This document shows positions 39,101-54,100 of a stretch of DNA of 64,000 nt, piece after piece; the stretch's first letter is position 1; every line of letters begins with the position of its first letter. The translations under genes and the position numbers were made by a program. This DNA is from Eledone cirrhosa (Eukaryota): the NCBI GenBank assembly GCA_964016885.1, contig OZ024740.1:251162001-251226000 (forward strand), in the 5' to 3' direction. The notes below the pieces were generated by a model. The model ran no database searches, was not told the origin of the DNA, and saw only the letters and a program-made list of their open reading frames with translations.

Positions 39101-42100
39101 AATTATCTTCCCTTGGCTGGCGGGAAATTATCTCCCCTTGGACGTCTGGAAATTATCTCCCCTTGGACGGCTAGAAATTATCTCTCTTTGGACGGCTGGA
39201 AATTATCTCCCCTTGATTTTTTTTACAAATTATCTCCCCCTGATTTTTTTTACAAATTATCCCCGCATGATTTTTAAAAAAAAAATTATCTCCCCTTCGC
39301 TGGCTGGAAATTATCTCCCCTTGGACGCTGGAAATTATAGCCCCTTGGAGGGCTGGAAATTATCTTCCCTTGGACGGCTGGAAATTATCTCCCCTTGATT
39401 TTTTTTACAAATTATCTCCCCCTGATTTTTTTTACAATCTCCGCCTGATTTTTTAAAAAATTATCTTCCCTTGGCTGGCGGGAAATTATCTCCCCTTGGA
39501 CGGCTGCAAATTATCTCCCCTTGATTTTTTTTACAAATTATCTCCCCCTGATTTTTTTTTACAAATTATCTCCCCCTGATTTTTTTTACAAATTATCTAC
39601 CCCTGATTTTTTTTACAAATTATCTCTCCCTGATTTTTTTTACAAATTATCTCCCTCTGATTTTTTTTTACAAATTATCTCCCCCTGATTTTTTTTTTAC
39701 AAATTATCCCCCCCTGATTTTTTTACAAATTATCTCCCCCTGATTTTTTTTACAATCTCCGCCTGATTTTTTAAAAAATTATCTTCCCTTGGCTGGCGGG
39801 AAATTATCTCCCCTTGGACGGCTGGAAATTATCTCCCCTTGGACGGCTAGAAATTATCTCTCTTTGGACGGCTGGAAATTATCTCCCCTTGATTTTTTTT
39901 ACAAATTATCTCCCCCTGATTTTTTTTACAAATTATCCCCGCATGATTTTTAAAAAAAAAATTATCTCCCCTTCGCTGGCTGGAAATTATCTCCCCTTGG
40001 ACGCTGGAAATTATAGCCCCTTGGAGGGCTGGAAATTATCTTCCCTTGGACGGCTGGAAATTATCTCCCCTTGATTTTTTTTACAAATTATCTCCCCCTG
40101 ATTTTTTTTTACAAATTATCTCCCCCTGATTTTTTTTTACAAATTATCTCCCCCTGATTTTTTTTTTACAAATTATCTCCGCTTGATTTTTTAAAAAAAA
40201 TTATCTCCCCTTGGACGGCTGGAAATTATCTCCCCTTGGACGGCTGGAAATTATCTCCCCTTGGACGGCTAGAAATTATCTCTCCTTGGACGGCTGAAAA
40301 TTATCTCCCCTTGGACGGCTGCAAATTATCTCCCCTTGATTTTTTTTACAAATTATCTCCCCCTGATTTTTTTTTACAAATTATCTCCCCCTGATTTTTT
40401 TTTACAAATTATCTCCCCTTGATTTTTTTTTACAAATTATCTCCCCCTGATTTTTTTTTTACAAATTATCTCCCCCTGATTTGTTTACAAATTATCTCCC
40501 CCTGATTTTTTTTACAAATTATCTCCCCCTGATTTTTTTTACAAATTATCTCCCCTTGATTTTTTTTTACAAATTATCTCCCCCTGATTTTTTTTTTACA
40601 AATTATCTCCCCCTGATTTTTTTAAAAATTATCTTCCCTTGGCTGGCGGGAAATTATCTCCCCTTGGACGGCTGGAAATTATCTCCCCTTGGAAGGATGT
40701 AAATTATCTCCCCTTGGACGGCTGGAAATTATCTCCCTTGCACGGCTGGAAATTATCTCCCCTTGATTTTTTTTACAAATTATCTCCCCCTGATTTTTTT
40801 TTACAAATTATCTCCCCCTGATTTTTTTTTACAAATTATCTCCCCCTGATTTTTTTTACAAATTATCTCCCCCTGATTTTTAAAAAAAAAATTATCTCCC
40901 CTTCGCTGGCTGGAAATTATCTCCCCTTGGACGGCTAGAAATTATCTCTCCTTGGACGGCTGAAAATTATCTCCCCTTGGACGGCTGCAAATTATCTCCC
41001 CTTGATTTTTTTTACAAATTATCTCCCCCTGATTTTTTTTTACAAATTATCTCCCCCTGATTTTTTTTTACAAATTATCTCCCCTTGATTTTTTTTTACA
41101 AATTATCTCCCCCTGATTTTTTTTTTACAAATTATCTCCCCCTGATTTGTTTACAAATTATCTCCCCCTGATTTTTTTTACAAATTATCTCCCCCTGATT
41201 TTTTTTACAAATTATCTCCCCTTGATTTTTTTTTACAAATTATCTCCCCCTGATTTTTTTTTTACAAATTATCTCCCCCTGATTTTTTTAAAAATTATCT
41301 TCCCTTGGCTGGCGGGAAATTATCTCCCCTTGGACGGCTGGAAATTATCTCCCCTTGGAAGGATGTAAATTATCTCCCCTTGGACGGCTGGAAATTATCT
41401 CCCTTGCACGGCTGGAAATTATCTCCCCTTGATTTTTTTTACAAATTATCTCCCCCTGATTTTTTTTTACAAATTATCTCCCCCTGATTTTTTTTTACAA
41501 ATTATCTCCCCCTGATTTTTTTTACAAATTATCTCCCCCTGATTTTTAAAAAAAAAATTATCTCCCCTTCGCTGGCTGGAAATTATCTCCCCTTGGACGC
41601 TGGAAATTATAGCCCCTTGGAGGGCTGGAAATTATCTTCCCTTGGACGGCTGGAAATTATCTTCCCTTGGACGGCTGGAAATTATCTCCCCTTGATTTTT
41701 TTTACAAATTATCTCCCCCTGATTTTTTTTTACAAATTATCTCCCCCTGATTTTTTTTTACAAATTATCTCCCCCTGATTTTTTTTTTACAAATTATCTC
41801 CGCTTGATTTTTTAAAAAAAATTATCTCCCCTTGGACGGCTGGAAATTATCTCCCCTTGGACGGCTGGAAATTATCTCCCCTTGGACGGCTAGAAATTAT
41901 CTCTCCTTGGACGGCTGAAAATTATCTCCCCTTGGACGGCTGCAAATTATCTCCCCTTGATTTTTTTTACAAATTATCTCCCCCTGATTTTTTTTTACAA
42001 ATTATCTCCCCCTGATTTTTTTTTACAAATTATCTACCCCTGATTTTTTTTACAAATTATCTCCCCCTGATTTTTTTTACAAATTATCTCCCCCTGATTT

Positions 42101-45100
42101 TTCTTTTACAAATTATCTCCCCCTGATTTTTTTACAAATTATCTCCCCCTGATTTTTTTTACAAATTATCTCCGCCTGATTTTTTTAAATATTATCTTCC
42201 CTTGGCTGGCGGGAAATTATCTCCCCTTGGACGGCTGGAAATTATCTGCCCTTGATTTTGTTTTTACAAATTATCCTCCACTGATTTTTTTTACAAATTA
42301 TCTCCACCTGATTTTTTAAAAAATTATCTCCCCTTGGAAGGCTGGAAATTATCTCCCCTTGGACGGCTAGAAATTATCTCTCTTTGGACGGCTGGAAATT
42401 ATCTCCCCTTGATTTTTTTTACAAATTATCTCCCCCTGATTTTTTTTACAAATATCCCAGTGATTTTTTTTAAAAAATTATCTCCCCTTCGCTGGCTGGA
42501 AATTATCTCCCCTTGGACGCTGGAAATTATAGCCCCTTGGAGGGCTGGAAATTATCTTCCCTTGGACGGCTGGAAATTATCTCCCCTTGATTTTTTTTAC
42601 AAATTATCTCCCCCTGATTTTTTTTTACAAATTATCTCCCCCTGATTTTTTTTTACAAATTATCTCCCCCTGATTTTTTTTTACAACTTATCTCCGCCTG
42701 ATTTTTTTTAAAAAATCATCTCCCCTTGGACGGCTGGAAATTATCTCCCCTTGGACGGCTGGAAATTATCTCTCCTTGGACGGCTAGAAATTACCTCTCC
42801 TTGGACGGCTGAAAATTATCTCCCCTTGGACGGCTGGAAATTATCTCCCCTTGATTTTTTTTACAAATTATCTTCCCCTGATTTTTTTTACAAATTATCT
42901 TCCCTGATTTTTTTTTACAAATTATCTCCCCCTGATTTTTTTTTACAAATTATCTCCCCCTGATTTTTTTTACAAATTATCTCCCCCTGATTTTTTTACA
43001 AATTATCTCCCCTTGGCTGGCTGGAAATTATCTCCCCTTGGAGGCAGGAATTTATCTCCCCTTGGACGGCTAGAAATTACCTCTCCTTGGACGGCTGGAA
43101 AATATGTCTCCTTGGACGGCTGGAAATTATCTCCCCTTGGACGGCTGGAAATTATCTCCCCTTGGACGGCTGGAAATTATCTCCCCTTGGACGGCTAGAA
43201 ATTACCTCTCCTTGGACGGCTGAAAATTATCTCCCCTTGGACGGCTGGAAATTATCTCCCCTTGATTTTTTTACAAATTATCTCCCCCTGATTTTTTTTT
43301 ACAAATTATCTCCCCCTGATTTTTTTTTACAAATTATCTCCCACTGATTTTTTTTTACAAATTATCTCCCCCTGATTTTTTTTTTACAAATTATCTCCGC
43401 CTGATTTTTTTAAAAAAATTATCTCCCCTTGGACGGCTGGAAATTATCTCCCCTTGGACGGCTGGAAATTATCTCCCCTTGGACGGCTAGAAATTACCTC
43501 TCCTTGGACGGCTGAAAATTATCTCCCCTTGGACGGCTGCAAATTATCTCCCCTTGATTTTTTTTACAAATTATCTCCCCCTGATTTTTTTTACAAATTA
43601 TCTCCCCCTGATTTTTTTTACAAATTATCTCCCCCTGATTTTTTTTTACAAATTATCTCCCCCTGATTTTTTTTACAAATTATCTCCCCCTGATTTTTTT
43701 TACAAATTATCTCCCCCTGATTTTTTTTACAAATTATCTCCCCCTGATTTTTTTTACAAATTATCTCCCCCTGATTTTTTTTACAAATTATCTCCCCCTG
43801 ATTTTTTTTTACAAATTATCTCCCCTTGATTTTTTTTACAAATTATCTCCCCCTGATTTTTTTTTTACAAATTATCTCCCCCTGATTTTTTTACAAATTA
43901 TCTCCCCCTGATTTTTTTTACAAATTATCTCCCCCTGATTTTTTTTACAAATTATCTCCCCTTGATTTTTTTTTACAAATTATCTCCCCCTGATTTTTTT
44001 TTTACAAATTATCTCCCCCTGATTTTTTTAAAAATTATCTTCCCTTGGCTGGCGGGAAATTATCTCCCCTTGGACGGCTGGAAATTATCTCCCCTTGGAA
44101 GGATGTAAATTATCTCCCCTTGGACGGCTGGAAATTATCTCCCCTTGCACGGCTGGAAATTATCTCCCCTTGATTTTTTTTACAAATTATCTCCCCCTGA
44201 TTTTTTTTTACAAATTATCTCCCACTGATTTTTTTTTACAAATTATCTCCCCCTGATTTTTTTTTTACAAATTATCTCCGCCTGATTTTTTTAAAAAAAT
44301 TATCTCCCCTTGGACGGCTGGAAATTATCTCCCCTTGGACGGCTGGAAATTATCTCCCCTTGGACGGCTAGAAATTACCTCTCCTTGGACGGCTGAAAAT
44401 TATCTCCCCTTGGACGGCTGCAAATTATCTCCCCTTGATTTTTTTTACAAATTATCTCCCCCTGATTTTTTTTACAAATTATCTCCCCCTGAATTTTTTT
44501 ACAAATTATCTCCCCCTGATTTTTTTTTACAAATTATCTCCCCCTGATTTTTTTTTACAAATTATCTCCCCCTGATTTTTTTTACAAATTATCTCCCCCT
44601 GATTTTTTTTACAAATTATCTCCCCCTGATTTTTTTTACAATCTCCGCCTGATTTTTTAAAAAATTATCTTCCCTTGGCTGGCGGGAAATTATCTCCCCT
44701 TGGACGGCTGGAAATTATCTCCCCTTGGACGGCTAGAAATTATCTCTCTTTGGACGGCTGGAAATTATCTCCCCTTGATTTTTTTTACAAATTATCTCCC
44801 CCTGATTTTTTTTACAAATTATCCCCGCATGATTTTTAAAAAAAAAATTATCTCCCCTTCGCTGGCTGGAAATTATCTCCCCTTGGACGCTGGAAATTAT
44901 AGCCCCTTGGAGGGCTGGAAATTATCTTCCCTTGGACGGCTGGAAATTATCTCCCCTTGATTTTTTTTACAAATTATCTCCCCCTGATTTTTTTTTACAA
45001 ATTATCTCCCCCTGATTTTTTTTTACAAATTATCTCCCCCTGATTTTTTTTTTTACAAATTATCTCCGCATGATTTTTAAAAAAAAATTATCTCCCCTTG

Positions 45101-48100
45101 GACGGCTGGAAATTATCTCCCCTTGGACGGCTGGAAATTATCTCCCCTTGGACGGCTAGAAATTACCTCTCCTTGGACGGCTGAAAATTATCTCCCCTTG
45201 GACGGCTGCAAATTATCTCCCCTTGATTTTTTTTACAAATTATCTCCCCCTGATTTTTTTTACAAATTATCTCCCCCTGATTTTTTTTACAAATTATCTC
45301 CCCCTGATTTTTTTTTACAAATTATCTCCCCCTGATTTTTTTTTACAAATTATCTCCCCCTGATTTTTTTTACAAATTATCTCCCCCTGATTTTTTTTAC
45401 AAATTATCTCCCCTTGATTTTTTTTTACAAATTATCTCCCCCTGATTTTTTTTTTACAAATTATCTCCCCCTGATTTTTTTACAAATTATCTCCCCCTGA
45501 TTTTTTTTACAAATTATCTCCCCCTGATTTTTTTTACAAATTATCTCCCCTTGATTTTTTTTTACAAATTATCTCCCCCTGATTTTTTTTTTACAAATTA
45601 TCTCCCCCTGATTTTTTTAAAAATTATCTTCCCTTGGCTGGCGGGAAATTATCTCCCCTTGGACGGCTGGAAATTATCTCCCCTTGGAAGGATGTAAATT
45701 ATCTCCCCTTGGACGGCTGGAAATTATCTCCCCTTGCACGGCTGGAAATTATCTGCCCTTGATTTTTTTTACAAATTATCTCCCCCTGATTTTTTTTTAC
45801 AAATTATCTCCCCCTGATTTTTTTTTACAAATTATCTCCCCCTGATTTTTTTTACAAATTATCTCCCCCTGATTTTTAAAAAAAAAATTATCTCCCCTTC
45901 GCTGGCTGGAAATTATCTCCCCTTGGACGCTGGAAATTATAGCCCCTTGGAGGGCTGGAAATTATCTTCCCTTGGACGGCTGGAAATTATCTCCCATTGA
46001 TTTTTTTTACAAATTATCTCCCCTGATTTTTTTTTACAAATTATCTCCCCCTGATTTTTTTTTACAAATTATCTCCCCCTGATTTTTTTTTTTACAAATT
46101 ATCTCCGCCTGATTTTTAAAAAAAAATTATCTCCCCTTGGACGGCTGGAAATTATCTCCCCTTGGACGGCTGGAAATTATCTCCCCTTGGACGGCTAGAA
46201 ATTACCTCTCCTTGGACGGCTGAAAATTATCTCCCCTTGGACGGCTGCAAATTATCTTCCCTTGATTTTTTTTACAAATTATCTCCCCCTGATTTTTTTT
46301 ACAAATTATCTCCCCCTGATTTTTTTTACAAATTATCTCCCCCTGATTTTTTTTTACAAATTATCTCCCCCTGATTTTTTTTTACAAATTATCTCCCCCT
46401 GATTTTTTTTACAAATTATCTCCCCCTGATTTTTTTTACAAATTATCTCCCCCTGATTTTTTTTTACAAATTATCTCCCCTTGATTTTTTTTTACAAATT
46501 ATCTCCCCCTGATTTTTTTAAAAATTATCTTCCCTTGGCTGGCGGGAAATTATCTCCCCTTGGACGGCTGGAAATTATCTCCCCTTGGAAGGATGTAAAT
46601 TATCTCCCCTTGGACGGCTGGAAATTATCTCCCCTTGCACGGCTGGAAATTATCTCCCCTTGATTTTTTTTACAAATTATCTCCCCCTGATTTTTTTTTA
46701 CAAATTATCTCCCCCTGATTTTTTTTTACAAATTATCTCCCCCTGATTTTTTTTACAAATTATCTCCCCCTGATTTAAAAAAAAAAAATTATCTCCCCTT
46801 CGCTGGCTGGAAATTATCTCCCCTTGGACGCTGGAAATTATAGCCCCTTGGAGGGCTGGAAATTATCTTCCCTTGGACGGCTGGAAATTATCTTCCCTTG
46901 GACGGCTGGAAATTATCTCCCCTTGATTTTTTTTACAAATTATCTCCCCCTGATTTTTTTTTACAAATTGTCTCCCCCTGATTTTTTTTTACAAATTATC
47001 TCCCCCTGATTTTTTTTTTACAAATTATCTCCGCTTGATTTTTTAAAAAAAATTATCTCCCCTTGGACGGCTGGAAATTATCTCCCCTTGGACGGCTGGA
47101 AATTATCTCCCCTTGGACGGCTAGAAATTATCTCTCCTTGGACGGCTGAAAATTATCTCCCCTTGGACGGCTGCAAATTATCTCCCCTTGATTTTTTTTA
47201 CAAATTATCTCCCCCTGATTTTTTTTTACAAATTATCTCCCCCTCATTTTTTTTACAAATTATCTACCCCTGATTTTTTTTACAAATTATCTCCCCCTGA
47301 TTTTTTTTTACAAATTATCTCCCCCTGATTTTTTTTTACAAATTATCTCCCCCTGATTTTTTTTTTACAAATTATCTCCCCCTGATTTTTTTACAAATTA
47401 TCTCCCCCTGATTTTTTTTACAATCTCCGCCTGATTTTTTTAAAAATTATCTTCCCTTGGCTGGCGGGAAATTATCTCCCCTTGGACGGCTGGAAATTAT
47501 CTCCCCTTGGAAGGATGGAAATTATCTCCCCTTGGACGGCTGGAAATTATCTCCCCTTGCACGGCTGGAAATTATCTCCCCTTGGCTGGAAATTATCTCC
47601 CCTTGGACGGCTAGAAATTATCTCTCTTTGGATGGCTGGAAATTATCTCCCTTTGATTTTTTTTACAAATTATCTCCCTCTGATTTTTTTTACAAATCTC
47701 CCCCTGATTTTTTTTTACAAATTATCTCCCCCTGATTTTTTTTACAAACTATCGCCCCTGATTTTTTTACAAATTATCTCCCCTTGGCTGGCTGGAAATT
47801 ATCTCCCCTTGGAGGCTGGAATTTATCTCCCCTTGGACGGCTAGAAATTACCTCTCCTTGGACGGCTGGAAAATATGTCTCCTTGGACGGCTGGAAATTA
47901 TCTCCCCTTGGACGGCTGGAAATTACCTCTCCTTGGACGGCTGAAAATTATCTCCCCTTGGACGGCTGGAAATTATCTCCCCTTGATTTTTTTACAAATT
48001 ATCTCCCCCTGATTTTTTTTTTACAAATTATCTCCCCCTGATTTTTTTTACAAATTATCTACGCCTGATTTTTTTAAATATTATCTCTCCTTGGCTGGCG

Positions 48101-51100
48101 GGAAATTATCTCCCCTTGGAAGGATGGAAATTATCTCCCCTTGACGGCTGGAAATTATCTCCCCTTGCACTGCTGGAAATTATCTCCCCTTGGACGGCTG
48201 GAAATTATCTGCCCTTGATTTTGTTTTTACAAATTATCTTCCCCTGATTATTTTTACAAATTATCTCCACCTGATTTTTTAAAAAATTATCTCCCCATGG
48301 ACGGCTGGAAATTATCTCCCCTTGGCTGGAAATTATCTCCCCTTGGACGGCTAGAAATTATCTCTCTTTGGACGGCTGGAAATTATCTCCCCTTGATTTT
48401 TTTTACAAATTATCTCCCCCTGATTTTTTTTACAAATTATCTCCCCATGATTTTAAAAAAAAAAATTATCTCCCCTTCGCTGGCTGGAAATTATCTCCCC
48501 TTGGACGCTGGAAATTATAGCCCCTTGGAGGGCTGGAAATTATCTTCCCTTGGACGGCTGGAAATTATCTCCCCTTGATTTTTTTTACAAATTATCTCCC
48601 CCTGATTTTTTTTTACAAATTATCTCCCCCTGATTTTTTTTTTACAAATTATCTCCGCCTGATTTTTTTAAAAAAATTATCTCCCCTTGGACGGCTGGAA
48701 ATTATCTCCCCTTGGACGGCTGGAAATTATCTCCCCTTGGACGGCTAGAAATTACCTCTCCTTGGACGGCTGAAAATTATCTCCCCTTGGACGGCTGCAA
48801 ATTATCTCCCCTTGATTTTTTTTACAAATTATCCCCCCATGATTTTTTTAAAAAAAATTATCTCCCCTTCGCTGGCTGGAAATTATCTCCCCTTGGACGC
48901 TGGAAATTATAGCCTCTTGGAGGGCTGGAAATTATCTTCCCTTGGACGGCTGGAAATTATCTCCCCTTGATTTTTTTTACAAATTATCTCCCCCTGATTT
49001 TTTTTTACAAATTATCTCCCACTGATTTTTTTTTACAAATTATCTCCCCCTGATTTTTTTTTACAAATTATCTCCGCCTGATTTTTTAAAAAAAATTATC
49101 TCCCCTTGGACGGCTGGAAATTATCTCCCCTTGGACGGCTGGAAATTATCTCCCCTTGGACGGCTAGAAATTACCTCTCCTTGGACGGCTGAAAATTATC
49201 TCCCCTTGGACGGCTGCAAATTATCTCCCCTTGATTTTTTTTACAAATTATCTCCCCCTGATTTTTTTTACAAATTATCTCCCCCTGATTTTTTTACAAA
49301 TTATCTCCCCCTGATTTTTTTTTACAAATTATCTCCCCCTGATTTTTTTTTACAAATTATCTCCCCCTGATTTTTTTTACAAATTATCTCCCCCTGATTT
49401 TTTTTACAAATTATCTCCCCCTGATTTTTTTTACAATCTCCGCCTGATTTTTTAAAAAATTATCTTCCCTTGGCTGGCGGGAAATTATCTCCCCTTGGAC
49501 GGCTGGAAATTATCTCCCCTTGGACGGCTAGAAATTATCTCTCTTTGGACGGCTGGAAATTATCTCCCCTTGATTTTTTTTACAAATTATCTCCCCCTGA
49601 TTTTTTTTACAAATTATCCCCGCATGATTTTTAAAAAAAAAATTATCTCCCCTTCGCTGGCTGGAAATTATCTCCCCTTGGACGCTGGAAATTATAGCCC
49701 CTTGGAGGGCTGGAAATTATCTTCCCTTGGACGGCTGGAAATTATCTCCCCTTGATTTTTTTTACAAATTATCTCCCCCTGATTTTTTTTACAATCTCCG
49801 CCTGATTTTTTAAAAAATTATCTTCCCTTGGCTGGCGGGAAATTATCTCCCCTTGGACGGCTGCAAATTATCTCCCCTTGATTTTTTTTACAAATTATCT
49901 CCCCCTGATTTTTTTTTACAAATTATCTCCCCCTGATTTTTTTTACAAATTATCTACCCCTGATTTTTTTTACAAATTATCTCTCCCTGATTTTTTTTAC
50001 AAATTATCTCCCTCTGATTTTTTTTTACAAATTATCTCCCCCTGATTTTTTTTTTACAAATTATCCCCCCCTGATTTTTTTACAAATTATCTCCCCCTGA
50101 TTTTTTTTACAATCTCCGCCTGATTTTTTAAAAAATTATCTTCCCTTGGCTGGCGGGAAATTATCTCCCCTTGGACGGCTGGAAATTATCTCCCCTTGGA
50201 CGGCTAGAAATTATCTCTCTTTGGACGGCTGGAAATTATCTCCCCTTGATTTTTTTTACAAATTATCTCCCCCTGATTTTTTTTACAAATTATCCCCGCA
50301 TGATTTTTAAAAAAAAAATTATCTCCCCTTCGCTGGCTGGAAATTATCTCCCCTTGGACGCTGGAAATTATAGCCCCTTGGAGGGCTGGAAATTATCTTC
50401 CCTTGGACGGCTGGAAATTATCTCCCCTTGATTTTTTTTACAAATTATCTCCCCCTGATTTTTTTTTACAAATTATCTCCCCCTGATTTTTTTTTACAAA
50501 TTATCTCCCCCTGATTTTTTTTTTACAAATTATCTCCGCTTGATTTTTTAAAAAAAATTATCTCCCCTTGGACGGCTGGAAATTATCTCCCCTTGGACGG
50601 CTGGAAATTATCTCCCCTTGGACGGCTAGAAATTATCTCTCCTTGGACGGCTGAAAATTATCTCCCCTTGGACGGCTGCAAATTATCTCCCCTTGATTTT
50701 TTTTACAAATTATCTCCCCCTGATTTTTTTTTACAAATTATCTCCCCCTGATTTTTTTTTACAAATTATCTCCCCTTGATTTTTTTTTACAAATTATCTC
50801 CCCCTGATTTTTTTTTTACAAATTATCTCCCCCTGATTTGTTTACAAATTATCTCCCCCTGATTTTTTTTACAAATTATCTCCCCCTGATTTTTTTTACA
50901 AATTATCTCCCCTTGATTTTTTTTTACAAATTATCTCCCCCTGATTTTTTTTTTACAAATTATCTCCCCCTGATTTTTTTAAAAATTCTCTTCCCTTGGC
51001 TGGCGGGAAATTATCTCCCCTTGGACGGCTGGAAATTATCTCCCCTTGGAAGGATGTAAATTATCTCCCCTTGGACGGCTGGAAATTATCTCCCTTGCAC

Positions 51101-54100
51101 GGCTGGAAATTATCTCCCCTTGATTTTTTTTACAAATTATCTCCCCCTGATTTTTTTTTACAAATTATCTCCCCCTGATTTTTTTTTACAAATTATCTCC
51201 CCCTGATTTTTTTTACAAATTATCTCCCCCTGATTTTTAAAAAAAAAATTATCTCCCCTTCGCTGGCTGGAAATTATCTCCCCTTGGACGCTGGAAATTA
51301 TAGCCCCTTGGAGGGCTGGAAATTATCTTCCCTTGGACGGCTGGAAATTATCTTCCCTTGGACGGCTGGAAATTATCTCCCCTTGATTTTTTTTACAAAT
51401 TATCTCCCCCTGATTTTTTTTTACAAATTATCTCCCCCTGATTTTTTTTTACAAATTATCTCCCCCTGATTTTTTTTTTACAAATTATCTCCGCTTGATT
51501 TTTTAAAAAAAATTATCTCCCCTTGGACGGCTGGAAATTATCTCCCCTTGGACGGCTGGAAATTATCTCCCCTTGGACGGCTAGAAATTATCTCTCCTTG
51601 GACGGCTGAAAATTATCTCCCCTTGGACGGCTGCAAATTATCTCCCCTTGATTTTTTTTACAAATTATCTCCCCCTGATTTTTTTTTACAAATTATCTCC
51701 CCCTGATTTTTTTTTACAAATTATCTACCCCTGATTTTTTTTACAAATTATCTCCCCCTGATTTTTTTTACAAATTATCTCCCCCTGATTTTTCTTTTAC
51801 AAATTATCTCCCCCTGATTTTTTTACAAATTATCTCCCCCTGATTTTTTTTACAAATTATCTCCGCCTGATTTTTTTAAATATTATCTTCCCTTGGCTGG
51901 CGGGAAATTATCTCCCCTTGGACGGCTGGAAATTATCTGCCCTTGATTTTGTTTTTACAAATTATCTTCCACTGATTTTTTTTACAAATTATCTCCACCT
52001 GATTTTTTAAAAAATTATCTCCCCTTGGAAGGCTGGAAATTATCTCCCCTTGGACGGCTAGAAATTATCTCTCTTTGGACGGCTGGAAATTATCTCCCCT
52101 TGATTTTTTTTACAAATTATCTCCCCCTGATTTTTTTTACAAATATCCCAGTGATTTTTTTTAAAAAATTATCTCCCCTTCGCTGGCTGGAAATTATCTC
52201 CCCTTGGACGCTGGAAATTATAGCCCCTTGGAGGGCTGGAAATTATCTTCCCTTGGACGGCTGGAAATTATCTCCCCTTGATTTTTTTTACAAATTATCT
52301 ACCCCTGATTTTTTTTTACAAATTATCTCCCCCTGATTTTTTTTTACAAATTATCTCCCCCTGATTTTTTTTTACAACTTATCTCCGCCTGATTTTTTTT
52401 AAAAAATCATCTCCACTTGGACGGCTGGAAATTATCTCCCCTTGGACGGCTGGAAATTATCTCTCCTTGGACGGCTAGAAATTACCTCTCCTTGGACGGC
52501 TGAAAATTATCTCCCCTTGGACGGCTGGAAATTATCTCCCCTTGATTTTTTTTACAAATTATCTTCCCCTGATTTTTTTTACAAATTATCTCCCCTGATT
52601 TTTTTTTACAAATTATCTCCCCCTGATTTTTTTTTACAAATTATCTCCCCCTGATTTTTTTTACAAATTATCTCCCCCTGATTTTTTTACAAATTATCTC
52701 CCCTTGGCTGGCTGGAAATTATCTCCCCTTGGAGGCAGGAATTTATCTCCCCTTGGACGGCTAGAAATTACCTCTCCTTGGACGGCTGGAAAATATGTCT
52801 CCTTGGACGGCTGGAAATTATCTCCCCTTGGACGGCTGGAAATTATCTCCCCTTGGACGGCTGGAAATTATCTCCCCTTGGACGGCTAGAAATTACCTCT
52901 CCTTGGACGGCTGAAAATTATCTCCCCTTGGACGGCTGGAAATTATCTCCCCTTGATTTTTTTACAAATTATCTCCCCCTGATTTTTTTTTACAAATTAT
53001 CTCCCCCTGATTTTTTTTTACAAATTATCTCCCACTGATTTTTTTTTACAAATTATCTCCCCCTGATTTTTTTTTTACAAATTATCTCCGCCTGATTTTT
53101 TTAAAAAAATTATCTCCCCTTGGACGGCTGGAAATTATCTCCCCTTGGACGGCTGGAAATTATCTCCCCTTGGACGGCTAGAAATTACCTCTCCTTGGAC
53201 GGCTGAAAATTATCTCCCCTTGGACGGCTGCAAATTATCTCCCCTTGATTTTTTTTACAAATTATCTCCCCCTGATTTTTTTTACAAATTATCTCCCCCT
53301 GATTTTTTTTACAAATTATCTCCCCCTGATTTTTTTTTACAAATTATCTCCCCCTGATTTTTTTTACAAATTATCTCCCCCTGATTTTTTTTACAAATTA
53401 TCTCCCCCTGATTTTTTTTACAAATTATCTCCCCCTGATTTTTTTTACAAATTATCTCCCCCTGATTTTTTTTACAAATTATCTCCCCCTGATTTTTTTT
53501 TACAAATTATCTCCCCTTGATTTTTTTTACAAATTATCTCCCCCTGATTTTTTTTTTACAAATTATCTCCCCCTGATTTTTTTACAAATTATCTCCCCCT
53601 GATTTTTTTTACAAATTATCTCCCCCTGATTTTTTTTACAAATTATCTCCCCTTGATTTTTTTTTACAAATTATCTCCCCCTGATTTTTTTTTTACAAAT
53701 TATCTCCCCCTGATTTTTTTAAAAATTATCTTCCCTTGGCTGGCGGGAAATTATCTCCCCTTGGACGGCTGGAAATTATCTCCCCTTGGAAGGATGTAAA
53801 TTATCTCCCCTTGGACGGCTGGAAATTATCTCCCCTTGCACGGCTGGAAATTATCTCCCCTTGATTTTTTTTACAAATTATCTCCCCCTGATTTTTTTTT
53901 ACAAATTATCTCCCACTGATTTTTTTTTACAAATTATCTCCCCCTGATTTTTTTTTTACAAATTATCTCCGCCTGATTTTTTTAAAAAAATTATCTCCCC
54001 TTGGACGGCTGGAAATTATCTCCCCTTGGACGGCTGGAAATTATCTCCCCTTGGACGGCTAGAAATTACCTCTCCTTGGACGGCTGAAAATTATCTCCCC

